IMG/VR virus record: IMGVR_UViG_3300044614_002195
Coordinates: 1 to 64,000 of that record
Strand: one strand, 5' to 3'
Source of the DNA: a virus
DNA length: 64,000 nt
Part shown: piece after piece, positions 1 to 7,652 of the stretch
Numbering within the stretch: the first letter of the stretch is position 1
Layout of the letters: every line of letters begins with the position of its first letter
The notes under the pieces: model-generated
Databases searched by the model: none
What the model saw: the letters and a program-made list of their open reading frames with translations, nothing else
What the model was told of the DNA's origin: nothing
Translations under genes and position numbers: made by a program

Positions 1-1
1 C

Positions 2-1000
2 GATGTTCAAGACCCTAACATCACAACTATCCCTCCTGGGTTATGGGATTTAAATTTCTGGGCTAGCAGCACAGCTAATTATAACAATCAAACTATCGTG
101 CAGGTCAAAGCCTATGTTTATAATGGCACAACACTGGGCGCGCCTTTTGCTACTTCTGATGAGTTGTTCATCTATGATCCCAGTGTTGTTGCTCAATACA
201 CAGCAAATCTTGTAGTTGGAGCAGGAGTAACAATAACATCCAGCGATCGTATTTATATCGAGATATGGGCTAAGGGGTCATCTAACAACTACACACTCAC
301 TCTTAAATTTGGGGCAGGTACTCCCACACATCTTCATACAACTATTCCTAGTGTAAGTGGTACAGGGATCGTGAAAGTTGAAAACGGTATTTTTAAAACG
401 CCTGCTTCACTTATTGCTGATGCAGACATTGCTACAAATGCAGCTATAGCCATTAGTAAAGTTAATTTAGATTATTTTAACTTGTCGATGAATGTGCCTG
501 TTGGTGCGTTAGAAACTATTCCTCGAAATCGTGGGTTTTCTACTTGGGCTACAATTAGTGGGCAAATATTTTTTACAATGTTTACACCCATACAAGATAT
601 TGAAGTTAACTATGTAAGCTTTTTGACTGGAAACGCTGCTGCTGTCACTACAAACGTGACTGTGGGAATTTATTCTTATAATGACTCAACCGGAGATGCA
701 ACAAAATTGGTTGAAACAGCTAATCTTTCTGGAAATATAACGCAAAACGCGCTTAATTTAAAACCAATATCATATGTAAAGTTAATGGGTGGTAATCGTT
801 ATGCCCTAAGTTTTTTTGTGGTCGGGTCAACGCTACCAAACCTTGCCGGATATGCTAGCGCATATGCGCCAGTTAATGATGTTTCTCCTGTTATTGCAAA
901 AAAGACAGTTTTAACAACATATACATCACTTCCTGCATCGGTTAATTTAAGTGCCGCAGGATCAACGACAGGGAATGTATTTTGGGCGAGGCTGTCGTAA
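2..1000 (+). CDS. Putative tail fibre/virion structural protein, 5'-truncated by the window edge
   Basis: The frame of track ORF 98..1000 is open back to position 2 (DVQDPNITTIPPGLWDLNFWASST...). It is rich in Thr/Ser/Ala/Gly and beta-prone segments, like phage fibre C-terminal domains. Confidence 0.55.
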   Translation, partial: DVQDPNITTIPPGLWDLNFWASSTANYNNQTIVQVKAYVYNGTTLGAPFATSDELFIYDPSVVAQYTANLVVGAGVTITSSDRIYIEIWAKGSSNNYTLTLKFGAGTPTHLHTTIPSVSGTGIVKVENGIFKTPASLIADADIATNAAIAISKVNLDYFNLSMNVPVGALETIPRNRGFSTWATISGQIFFTMFTPIQDIEVNYVSFLTGNAAAVTTNVTVGIYSYNDSTGDATKLVETANLSGNITQNALNLKPISYVKLMGGNRYALSFFVVGSTLPNLAGYASAYAPVNDVSPVIAKKTVLTTYTSLPASVNLSAAGSTTGNVFWARLS

Positions 1001-1011
1001 GCTTAATTTAA

Positions 1012-1020
1012 TGGTATAAT
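1012..1020 (+). promoter_or_regulatory. Extended -10 promoter (TGnTATAAT)
   Basis: TGGTATAAT 8 nt upstream of ATG 1029. Confidence 0.6.
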
Positions 1021-1028
1021 ATATTGAT

Positions 1029-1178
1029 ATGGAAAAAACTATTAATAGGGTTAAAATTTTACCTGATGTAAATCTTCCGCTGGTAAGCGATGAAGTTATG
1101 CAGCAGCTAAAAAAATCTACCCAAAAAGTAGACAAAGTTTTAAGTACGCTAAAACGTGCTTTTACCGTTAAGAAATAA
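1029..1178 (+). CDS. Small hypothetical protein (49 aa, MEKTINRVKILPDV...)
   Basis: Manually translated; follows a promoter; its stop overlaps the next start (TAATG). Confidence 0.55.
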   Translation: MEKTINRVKILPDVNLPLVSDEVMQQLKKSTQKVDKVLSTLKRAFTVKK

Positions 1179-1837
1179 TGAGTCTTTTATCAGACAATAT
1201 AATCAAGCTGGCAAAATCGCTTGAATTAAAGCGTCTGATTGAGGCTAAAAAGAAGTCGGATAATAACGACTATGCTGGTAAGAATAAAATACTAGCCGAC
1301 CTGTTTCAAAAGAGTCCTAAACAATTTAAGGTGGATTCTGAGTTAGAGGGCGGAAAGTATGTAGGCATAACTCACAAGCCTTCGGGGTTTCAAATACACG
1401 CTCCCAGGATGCTTGTTCCTGTAGGCATAGAAAACAAAATGAAAAAAGCAGAGTTTCCAAAACAGGAAAGAGTCAGAGTAATTATTCCCTATAAAGGGCA
1501 ATATCTTTTAGAAAGATTGTCTAATCCTAAATGGAAAGATAATTTTGGTAAGAGGAGATTTATTGGTGGAGGTATTGAGGGAAATGAAACTCCTCAGCAG
1601 GCCGCAAGTAGAGAGCTAAAGGAAGAGCTTGGCGTAACTGTCAAGCCTGGCAGATTTAAATATGTTGGTGTGGACCCAGAGAGTGGACATCATTACCTAA
1701 GACTGCCAAAGCATGACATTGCTCCAGGCAAGTATAAAGCTTCAGTAGGTTCAGATCCTTTCATTAACCTAGAACCTGGTCTACCTCATGGAGAGGACTA
1801 TATCGGACCAAATATCAAAACATTAAAAAAGCATTGA
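1178..1837 (+). CDS. Two-domain protein with C-terminal Nudix hydrolase
   Basis: Complete Nudix box GGGIEGNETPQQAASRELKEELGV (Gx5Ex7REUxEExGU); N-terminal domain of unknown function. Confidence 0.85.
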   Translation: MSLLSDNIIKLAKSLELKRLIEAKKKSDNNDYAGKNKILADLFQKSPKQFKVDSELEGGKYVGITHKPSGFQIHAPRMLVPVGIENKMKKAEFPKQERVRVIIPYKGQYLLERLSNPKWKDNFGKRRFIGGGIEGNETPQQAASRELKEELGVTVKPGRFKYVGVDPESGHHYLRLPKHDIAPGKYKASVGSDPFINLEPGLPHGEDYIGPNIKTLKKH

Positions 1838-1869
1838 TATTTTATAATGCTATTGGCATAGTTAGTCTT

Positions 1870-2049
1870 ATGAAAATCACTTCAGTAAAAGAAGTATTTA
1901 AAGACCACAGAGATGACATACATTTTGTCATCGAGAGTGCTCTTGGTAAGACGATGACTAAGGCAATAGCAGATACTCTAGGTTTAAGAAAAGTAAACAA
2001 AGTAAAAAAAATTTATGATAACTGGGTTAAAGAACGAACAAATAGATAA
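1870..2049 (+). CDS. Small hypothetical protein (59 aa)
   Basis: ATG at 1870 inside track ORF 1834..2049; overlaps the next gene by 35 nt. Confidence 0.4.
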   Translation: MKITSVKEVFKDHRDDIHFVIESALGKTMTKAIADTLGLRKVNKVKKIYDNWVKERTNR

Positions 2050-2626
2050 GCTCATAGATTTTGGTAATAAGTGGACAGCCGTTGGTTTAAGTACAGAACC
2101 TGTGGATATTTTTAGAGCTATGGACGCCGTCAAACTTGCATACAAATATGCGGGTTTAAATCCTCCAAAGATTTTTCTTGGGCCTTTCCATAATCCTATC
2201 GAATGTGCAAAAGCGCAGATCGTGGTTAAAAAACTTCCTAAAGATACCGATTGGGAAAAAATTGAAGTTTTGGATATCATGGAGGGAACTGAGTTTACTC
2301 TTGAAGAAATTGAGGACGCTGTTAGCGAGCAGCTGCACGGCTACCATGACAGCGAATGGTTATGCTACTACGACTTCATAAGAAACATACACGAAGATCT
2401 TTATGAGCTAGATACACTCAAGGGTATGATGGATGTGGCCAAGAATGTAGGCTGGTGGGCAGCTTACGATAAAGTGGCGTTTATTCAGGATCGACCTTTG
2501 GAGTTGCATTTTGACGAAAACGGAGAATTGCACAACTCTGATGGTCCGGCGATTAAATGGCGGGGAGAAGATAGAAGTTACGACATCTATTGTATTCATG
2601 GAGAGTTACAGCCTCCTCCAGAATAG
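2015..2626 (+). CDS. DUF6745-like protein
   Basis: GYHDSEWLCYYDF...GWWAAYDKVAFIQDRP...ELHNSDGPAIKW matches the recalled DUF6745 pattern. Confidence 0.7.
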   Translation: MITGLKNEQIDKLIDFGNKWTAVGLSTEPVDIFRAMDAVKLAYKYAGLNPPKIFLGPFHNPIECAKAQIVVKKLPKDTDWEKIEVLDIMEGTEFTLEEIEDAVSEQLHGYHDSEWLCYYDFIRNIHEDLYELDTLKGMMDVAKNVGWWAAYDKVAFIQDRPLELHFDENGELHNSDGPAIKWRGEDRSYDIYCIHGELQPPPE

Positions 2627-2964
2627 ACCATATCGGTAAGGTCAACAAAATGGTCCTGGCAAAGCATTTTGCCGTACGTCTGACTGACGTTAAAGGGAAC
2701 AAGTATATTAACAACATGTACGACTATCCAGAAATCAGCAATTACGAAGACAGAGAGTTTTGCGGATTAGCCGCAATTCAAAAAAATTTAACTTGGGCGT
2801 TATCTCTTCCAGGCGATCCAGACTTCAAGGAGCTCTGCACATTTGTGAAAAACACACAAAGCTGTGAAGGCATCATTGAACAAATCCGCAAAAGTTACAA
2901 CGACCCAGACTCACTGGCAAAAATTAAATCTGCCGTTGAGTGTATGCTGAAAGAGACATCCTAG
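2590..2964 (+). CDS. Hypothetical protein (start may be ATG 2649)
   Basis: 124-aa ORF followed directly by a terminator. Confidence 0.6.
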   Translation: MYSWRVTASSRIDHIGKVNKMVLAKHFAVRLTDVKGNKYINNMYDYPEISNYEDREFCGLAAIQKNLTWALSLPGDPDFKELCTFVKNTQSCEGIIEQIRKSYNDPDSLAKIKSAVECMLKETS

Positions 2965-2977
2965 TATGGGAGCAAAA

Positions 2978-3012
2978 AGGGCAGGTGTGGCTGCTCTTTT
3001 TTTAGCTATCAG
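2978..3012 (+). terminator. Intrinsic terminator with conserved tail T7-AGCTATCAG
   Basis: AGGGCAG-GTGTGG-CTGCTCT stem (one G-U), then T run and AGCTATCAG. Confidence 0.65.
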
Positions 3013-3041
3013 CCTCCATTTGTTTATAGTATAATAAGCTT

Positions 3042-3818
3042 ATGGATAAATCTAAAGTTGCCTCGAAAAAGAAACCCAAGGATCAGCCAAGAAAAGACAC
3101 TAGCCCTAAAGTGTATCAGAGAGAAAAGATAGACTTTGATCTTCATATCAGAGAGCTTCCCTGGACTGAAAAACAAAAAGCGCTTATAGATCTTGGAGGA
3201 AGTAGAGATTGCAGAATTATATTCTTGGCAGGTCCTGCGGGCAGCAGCAAGACCCTAAGCGCTGTTAGGATTGGCTTAGAACTTCTTAACCAAAAGAAAG
3301 TTAGCGATCTTGTATTTGTTAGAGCAGCTGTAGAAAGTGCAGACTCTAAGCTAGGCTTTCTTCCTGGAGACATTGCAGGAAAATACGAGCCTTATATGGG
3401 TCCGTTTGAAGACAAAATTGAGGAGCTTCTTCCTGCCGGAGAAGTTAAGCGCCTCAAAGGAGAAGGCAGGTTCATTTACCAGCCTATTAACTTTGTGCGT
3501 GGAGCCAGCTGGACGGCTAGGTGTGTGATTATAGATGAATGTCAGAATATGACTATCAACGAGATACAAACACTACTTACCCGTATTGGTAAGTTTACCA
3601 GGATGATTCTTTGTGCTGATAGTGCTCAGAGCGATCTACCTAAAGCCAAGCAGGGAGGCTTTGATAAGTGCTTACACATGTTTAATACAGAACACGCAGA
3701 GAAGATGGGCATTTATAGTCTAGCTTTCACTAACGAAGATATTATGCGAAGCGAACTCTGTAAGTTCATTGTGCAAACCTTCGAAGATAATCATAACGTA
3801 TTACATCCTCAGCACTAG
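3042..3818 (+). CDS. phoH: PhoH-family ATPase
   Basis: Walker A GPAGSSKT, VRAAVE, LGFLPGD, INFVRG, IIDECQN, and ADSAQSD motifs. Confidence 0.95.
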   Translation: MDKSKVASKKKPKDQPRKDTSPKVYQREKIDFDLHIRELPWTEKQKALIDLGGSRDCRIIFLAGPAGSSKTLSAVRIGLELLNQKKVSDLVFVRAAVESADSKLGFLPGDIAGKYEPYMGPFEDKIEELLPAGEVKRLKGEGRFIYQPINFVRGASWTARCVIIDECQNMTINEIQTLLTRIGKFTRMILCADSAQSDLPKAKQGGFDKCLHMFNTEHAEKMGIYSLAFTNEDIMRSELCKFIVQTFEDNHNVLHPQH

Positions 3819-3819
3819 T

Positions 3820-3921
3820 ATGAAAACACTTGGATATATTTTTATGGGTTTGGGTGTCATTATGGGCAGCGCAGTAGGCACGCTGGTGGCTTTAATTATG
3901 CTAGTCAGAATATTTTTCTAA
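3820..3921 (+). CDS. Small hydrophobic membrane peptide (33 aa)
   Basis: MKTLGYIFMGLGVIMGSAVGTLVALIMLVRIFF; starts 1 nt after the phoH stop and is TAATG-coupled to the next gene. Confidence 0.55.
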   Translation: MKTLGYIFMGLGVIMGSAVGTLVALIMLVRIFF

Positions 3922-4532
3922 TGAAGAGAGATCTGTGCATATTTGCGATATTTGCCTTCATTTGTCTGAGTGATATATTCCCAGGGCAGCATGAAGATGA
4001 TTCGTACATTATACGCAGAATATATTTGGATGTGCTGGGTGTTGTGCCTCTACCTCATGAGATAGACTGGTATTGTGTATATAACGACAACGGCTACAAT
4101 ATGGCTGTAGAATGGGTGTTGGCCAGACCTAGAGATAAGTGGACTCAGGGCTGGGAACATATGAGCGCAGAAGATATTAAAAAAACTTTGATGTCTCATA
4201 ATTATAAGCACTTTAAAAAAATGCCGCTAAGCAGAGAGCAGTTGAACAGGCAGCTGTGCTATATAGCAGGAGAAGAGTACACCGGAGACTATGCAGTCGT
4301 CGTAAAAGCTAGAAGCAAGCTAATCAAATATGCGCTAGAGGCTACAGATAGCGATGTAGACGCAATAGATCATCTTGCCTATCAGTTGATGAGTAGAGTG
4401 ACCAACATGAGTGAAGCTAATTATCTTAAAGGTAAGCTAAAAGATTATAAGCTTTCGCTTAAAACAGAACAACTCGCCTGGGAGTGTATCCTAGACGAGT
4501 TGTTAGGGTTTGAGGATGTTAGAAATAGATAG
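3921..4532 (+). CDS. Secreted protein with DUF1549/DUF1553-like motif
   Basis: Signal-peptide-like N-terminus, then DDSYIIRRIYLDVLGVVPLPHEI, resembling the xxRRxYLDLxGxxPTxxE motif of planctomycete DUF1549/DUF1553 proteins. Confidence 0.6.
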   Translation: MKRDLCIFAIFAFICLSDIFPGQHEDDSYIIRRIYLDVLGVVPLPHEIDWYCVYNDNGYNMAVEWVLARPRDKWTQGWEHMSAEDIKKTLMSHNYKHFKKMPLSREQLNRQLCYIAGEEYTGDYAVVVKARSKLIKYALEATDSDVDAIDHLAYQLMSRVTNMSEANYLKGKLKDYKLSLKTEQLAWECILDELLGFEDVRNR

Positions 4533-4766
4533 TTAAGCGTAAGCTAAAAGTGTGTTCGGATTTTTCATATCTAGAATACCGTGAGCATTATATAGCACTA
4601 CTGGTTTGATGTTGTGTGTTTTAGACTGCACGGATCCTGGGATTTCTGTAGGTAAAGAAGTCTTTGGCAGAGAATCAGATATATTTACAACTGCCGCAAT
4701 TAAAGGCTGCACGCCCATATAATTGCTTACTTGCGGGGAGGTTACAGAAATAGGTGGAATAGACAT
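4533..4766 (-). CDS. Hypothetical protein (77 aa)
   Basis: ATG-started ORF converging on the previous gene. Confidence 0.55.
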   Translation of the reverse strand: MSIPPISVTSPQVSNYMGVQPLIAAVVNISDSLPKTSLPTEIPGSVQSKTHNIKPVVLYNAHGILDMKNPNTLLAYA

Positions 4767-4805
4767 CTAGATATATTATCAAATATATTAATAGCGTCAA
4801 CAACC

Positions 4806-5096
4806 TCAAGTGTTCATTACAGAATTGTTAGGGCCACTCATCTTTCCTCTTCTCTTTTGCTCTTCTTTTACTTTATCTAATTCAACTGGGGTTAATACCC
4901 GCTCTAAAGAAGAGTCTACTATGGGGCTGTCCAGATCTACTGACAACTCTTTGATTTCACTCACAGGGGCACCGCTTACAGGGTCAGCCTGATATAACTG
5001 TACTCGCTCATTCTCGCCGTCAGGGATTATACGCTGTTCTAGTATTTCAATAGGGTCAGGAACTACAGAGATAGTTAACCCAGAATCGCTAGTTAC
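4806..5096 (-). CDS. Probable -1 frame C-terminal extension (96 codons) of gene 5093..5968
   Basis: Open -1 frame VTSDSGLTISVVPDPIEILEQ...NSVMNT begins at the A9G run ending the upstream gene; no start codon for its first 44 codons. Confidence 0.6.
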   Translation of the reverse strand, partial: VTSDSGLTISVVPDPIEILEQRIIPDGENERVQLYQADPVSGAPVSEIKELSVDLDSPIVDSSLERVLTPVELDKVKEEQKRRGKMSGPNNSVMNT

Positions 5097-5968
5097 TTTT
5101 TTTTTAAGCTAACCTCATTCTCATGCGGGATTATTTGCTGCGCTGCTTGCGGCGTATTAACCCCTTCGAATTCGACGGGTTTAAGACTAGCAATATAGGC
5201 TGCTTCTTCCTGTTCTTTCTTTTCTCTTCTAGCTTCCAATAGCTTATTCCAAGCTAATACAAGAGTTACTGCGAGAGGATCGAATACAAAGATTAGCGCA
5301 AATATAAAATACCTCACTGCCTCGTCTACAGTAGATCCTGTAGCCGCAGCGATAAACTTAAACGAGCCCACATCTGTAGTAGTATTCATACCTATCTTTA
5401 ATTCAGATATATCCTTCTCAATTTCAATGATTCTTTCTCTGTCTTTAGCCAGTGATTCTTCTTTCTGTTTAATTTCAAGGTTGGCTTCTTCGATAGCCTT
5501 GTATGCCTGCTCTCTAGGAGCCTTATAGTTTCCAGCATCTTTAACTCGCTGCTCCTGATCTTGTCTCAGCGTGGTGAGACTTTTGATTCGTTCGCTATAT
5601 TCAGCTACGCCAGTTTCAATAGCTGTCTTTTCTGTAGTTAAAGCTTCAATCTTACTTTCAAAAGTACCTACAGTCGCAGAGTGCACCTGGTAGGCTCCTG
5701 TGAGGAAGCCGAAGATACCTAGGCTAGTAACTCCCATAAGAGTGAGTACAGCAACACAAAGATATGTCTTCAGCAGGAAGCTGATATGCTTCCAATAGGT
5801 ATGCAGGAAACTGGCTGCGACCAGCTTACCTATCTCAAGGCTGCTGGCCATAATCCCGATTGCCAGACTGCTTCCAGAGAACAGAACAATAAGCCCCTTG
5901 ATGCTGAAGAAGGCTGCGCACCCAGCCACAAACAAAGCACTAAAAGCGACAAGTATAATGAATAGCAT
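5093..5968 (-). CDS. Membrane-anchored coiled-coil protein
   Basis: Three N-terminal hydrophobic helices (SLEIGKLVAASFL motif), a long coiled coil, and a further TM segment (FIFALIFVFDPLAVTLV). Confidence 0.8.
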   Translation of the reverse strand: MLFIILVAFSALFVAGCAAFFSIKGLIVLFSGSSLAIGIMASSLEIGKLVAASFLHTYWKHISFLLKTYLCVAVLTLMGVTSLGIFGFLTGAYQVHSATVGTFESKIEALTTEKTAIETGVAEYSERIKSLTTLRQDQEQRVKDAGNYKAPREQAYKAIEEANLEIKQKEESLAKDRERIIEIEKDISELKIGMNTTTDVGSFKFIAAATGSTVDEAVRYFIFALIFVFDPLAVTLVLAWNKLLEARREKKEQEEAAYIASLKPVEFEGVNTPQAAQQIIPHENEVSLKKK

Positions 5969-6063
5969 ACTACTATTATAATACTATTATTTTTTAGTGT
6001 ATACACTAATTATACCCCCTCCCTGAAGCTTGGCTCTCACCACAGCATAATTAATAGGTTTTA

Positions 6064-6085
6064 TGGTATAATATTATGAAGGCTA
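6064..6085 (+). promoter_or_regulatory. Extended -10 promoter with conserved initial transcribed region, copy 1
   Basis: TGGTATAATATTATGAAGGCTA, identical to 8427..8448. Confidence 0.75.
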
Positions 6086-6106
6086 GTTGGCCTTTCAATT
6101 AACCAA

Positions 6107-6445
6107 ATGAAAATATCAGAAAAAAAGATTGCGGTGGTCGTATGTAAGCAAAAAAGTACGTTTGATAACGTCTTTGATACGGGAGAGTATGAAGACGTTG
6201 TATCATACCATGGTGATTTGGATATACCCATTGAAGAGGTGATGAACATGCTAAATCACTTAAAGAAAAACCCTAGAATCGCCGCACAGGGCGCGGAGTT
6301 TGATCAGTTGGTTGTGATATTGGATGATTACTATTATCCCAAAATGTCGCCGATGATGAAGCTCACGCCAGAAATGGGGCCGGTGGCATTTGGTCGCTGG
6401 AATAGTAAAAAGCGGAAGTTTGTAAAAACAGGATACCTAGCGTAA
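6107..6445 (+). CDS. Hypothetical early protein
   Basis: 112-aa ORF between a promoter and a terminator. Confidence 0.7.
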   Translation: MKISEKKIAVVVCKQKSTFDNVFDTGEYEDVVSYHGDLDIPIEEVMNMLNHLKKNPRIAAQGAEFDQLVVILDDYYYPKMSPMMKLTPEMGPVAFGRWNSKKRKFVKTGYLA

Positions 6446-6449
6446 CACT

Positions 6450-6500
6450 AAAGAGCGCACCGGGCAGTACCTATTACTGTCGCTCTTTTTTAGCTGTTAG
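6450..6500 (+). terminator. Intrinsic terminator with conserved tail T6-AGCTGTTAG
   Basis: AAAGAGCG...GCAGTA-CCTAT-TACTGT...CGCTCTTT stem, T run, AGCTGTTAG. Confidence 0.65.
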
Positions 6501-6551
6501 TTACTTTCTATACCCCTCCCTACCCCCCCCGCATATAACTAGCTACTCTTG

Positions 6552-6560
6552 TGGTATATT
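6552..6560 (+). promoter_or_regulatory. Extended -10 promoter (TGnTATATT)
   Basis: TGGTATATT followed by AATATGAA, similar to the 6064 and 8427 copies; a C-rich box lies upstream. Confidence 0.55.
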
Positions 6561-6565
6561 AATAT

Positions 6566-6725
6566 GAATCAGAGTTTGTAGCTATAATATAGCTGCAGGG
6601 CTGACTCCGGCTGACTGCGAGGCTGTTAACTCGTCGCAATGTGCCGAAAGGCACTGAAGACACAACCGATTGGTTTGTCGTAGGGGAGTAGGTGATTCGA
6701 AGCATCTGCTCCCCTATCTTCTATA
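6566..6725 (+). ncRNA. Candidate structured RNA or 5' leader (five hairpins), family unassigned
   Basis: Non-coding stretch with stems at 6573-6602, 6616-6638, 6641-6654 (GAAA tetraloop), 6659-6679 and 6681-6716 (14 bp with two G-U pairs). Confidence 0.5.
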
Positions 6726-6768
6726 TAAGATACAGTGTTATTAGGACCTCTAGGAGAACAGTTCAGTT

Positions 6769-6972
6769 ATGGATAAAATATTCTTTGGTACCAAAATAGT
6801 TGGCGAAGATGGTGAGACGAAGGGTTACTTCAAGTCTCCCACAGATGCTCTTGCAGCCCAGAACAGCCACTGGAGCTTTGAGGGCGCAATAATGCCTTAC
6901 AGTGTCTTAGTCGACTCAGATGAGTCCAGCATTCGGAGAAATGCGGTCGGTCAAGTTATTGGAGCTTGGTAG
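6769..6972 (+). CDS. Small hypothetical early protein (67 aa)
   Basis: AGGAG at 6752-6756, ATG 6769, terminator downstream. Confidence 0.65.
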   Translation: MDKIFFGTKIVGEDGETKGYFKSPTDALAAQNSHWSFEGAIMPYSVLVDSDESSIRRNAVGQVIGAW

Positions 6973-7018
6973 AGGATGCGCCAATCGTGGCGCCAAAATC
7001 TACTGGAGTTGGTAGTTC

Positions 7019-7070
7019 ATGCGCACATCAGGGTTCTATTTCTTGGTGTGCGCATTTTTTTAGCTATCAG
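7019..7070 (+). terminator. Intrinsic terminator with conserved tail T7-AGCTATCAG
   Basis: ATGCGCACATC...GGTGTGCGCAT stem (extends to about 15 bp with G-U pairs), T run, AGCTATCAG. Confidence 0.75.
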
Positions 7071-7072
7071 AC

Positions 7073-7109
7073 AAAAAGGAAAGCTGGCCTGGATTTCTCC
7101 AGACCAGCT
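7073..7109 (-). terminator. Minus-strand intrinsic terminator
   Basis: AGCTGG-C-CTGGA-TTTC-TCCAG-A-CCAGCT hairpin with TTCCTTTTT after it on the minus strand, downstream of gene 7151..7564. Confidence 0.6.
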
Positions 7110-7150
7110 GTCTCGTTCGCAACAACACAACACGACTCTACTAAAAAGAA

Positions 7151-7564
7151 CTATATACAATCATGAAGAATTGTAGGGTTCACAATCTCAAGATGCAATA
7201 CAGGAAAACCTAAATCTGGATTATAGTCTATTTTTGCTCTGACTACGCAAGTTAATTCGATATCTCCAACAAAAACCTTTGTGTCTTCAGCTCTTTGCGC
7301 AGGCATGAACACTATGTTGCTTTTGTCCGTTTCTGGTAAGTCGTTGTACATTAAAGGATGCGTAGCCTGTACGGAGTTGTCGATTTGTTTTTGACTTGCA
7401 CACTGCGTGTTTGTCGGCAAAGGGATATTCTTAATAGCCTCAACAATTTTAGCTACATCATTGAATTTACTCATAATCTCTGACTGTACACCTTCTACAT
7501 TTTTTTGTATCTTTTGCACGTCTAACAATTTAAGTATGTTTTTTAAATCTGCAGCGTCACTCAT
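7151..7564 (-). CDS. Hypothetical protein
   Basis: 137-aa ATG ORF with an upstream promoter-like TTGCAC-N16-TATATT and its own terminator. Confidence 0.7.
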   Translation of the reverse strand: MSDAADLKNILKLLDVQKIQKNVEGVQSEIMSKFNDVAKIVEAIKNIPLPTNTQCASQKQIDNSVQATHPLMYNDLPETDKSNIVFMPAQRAEDTKVFVGDIELTCVVRAKIDYNPDLGFPVLHLEIVNPTILHDCI

Positions 7565-7591
7565 AATTAATATCTATTTGATTTTGTTTGC

Positions 7592-7635
7592 TTTAAATCT
7601 GAGAGCTAACTTAGCTCAGCCTCATTAGATTTAAA
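7592..7635. repeat. Nested inverted repeat in the 5' region of gene 7151..7564
   Basis: TTTAAATCT (7592-7600) and AGATTTAAA (7627-7635) enclose the 7-1-7 dyad GAGCTAA-C-TTAGCTC (7603-7617). Confidence 0.6.
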
Positions 7636-7652
7636 TATAGACGGTAGACCTC

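Noticed and set aside
6641-6690. Hammerhead ribozyme (CTGAAGA followed by a stem, GAAA nearby)
   Set aside because: The stem after CTGAAGA is followed by TCGT/GTAG rather than GAAA, and the GAAA upstream leaves no room for stems III and I in any permutation.
6598-6720. tmRNA, tRNA or yybP-ykoY riboswitch (GGGCTGACTCCGG, TTCGAA, AGGGGAGTAG)
   Set aside because: No acceptor pairing between the 5' and 3' ends, no cloverleaf or CCA, and the GGGGAG strand pairs locally. Kept only as an unassigned RNA.
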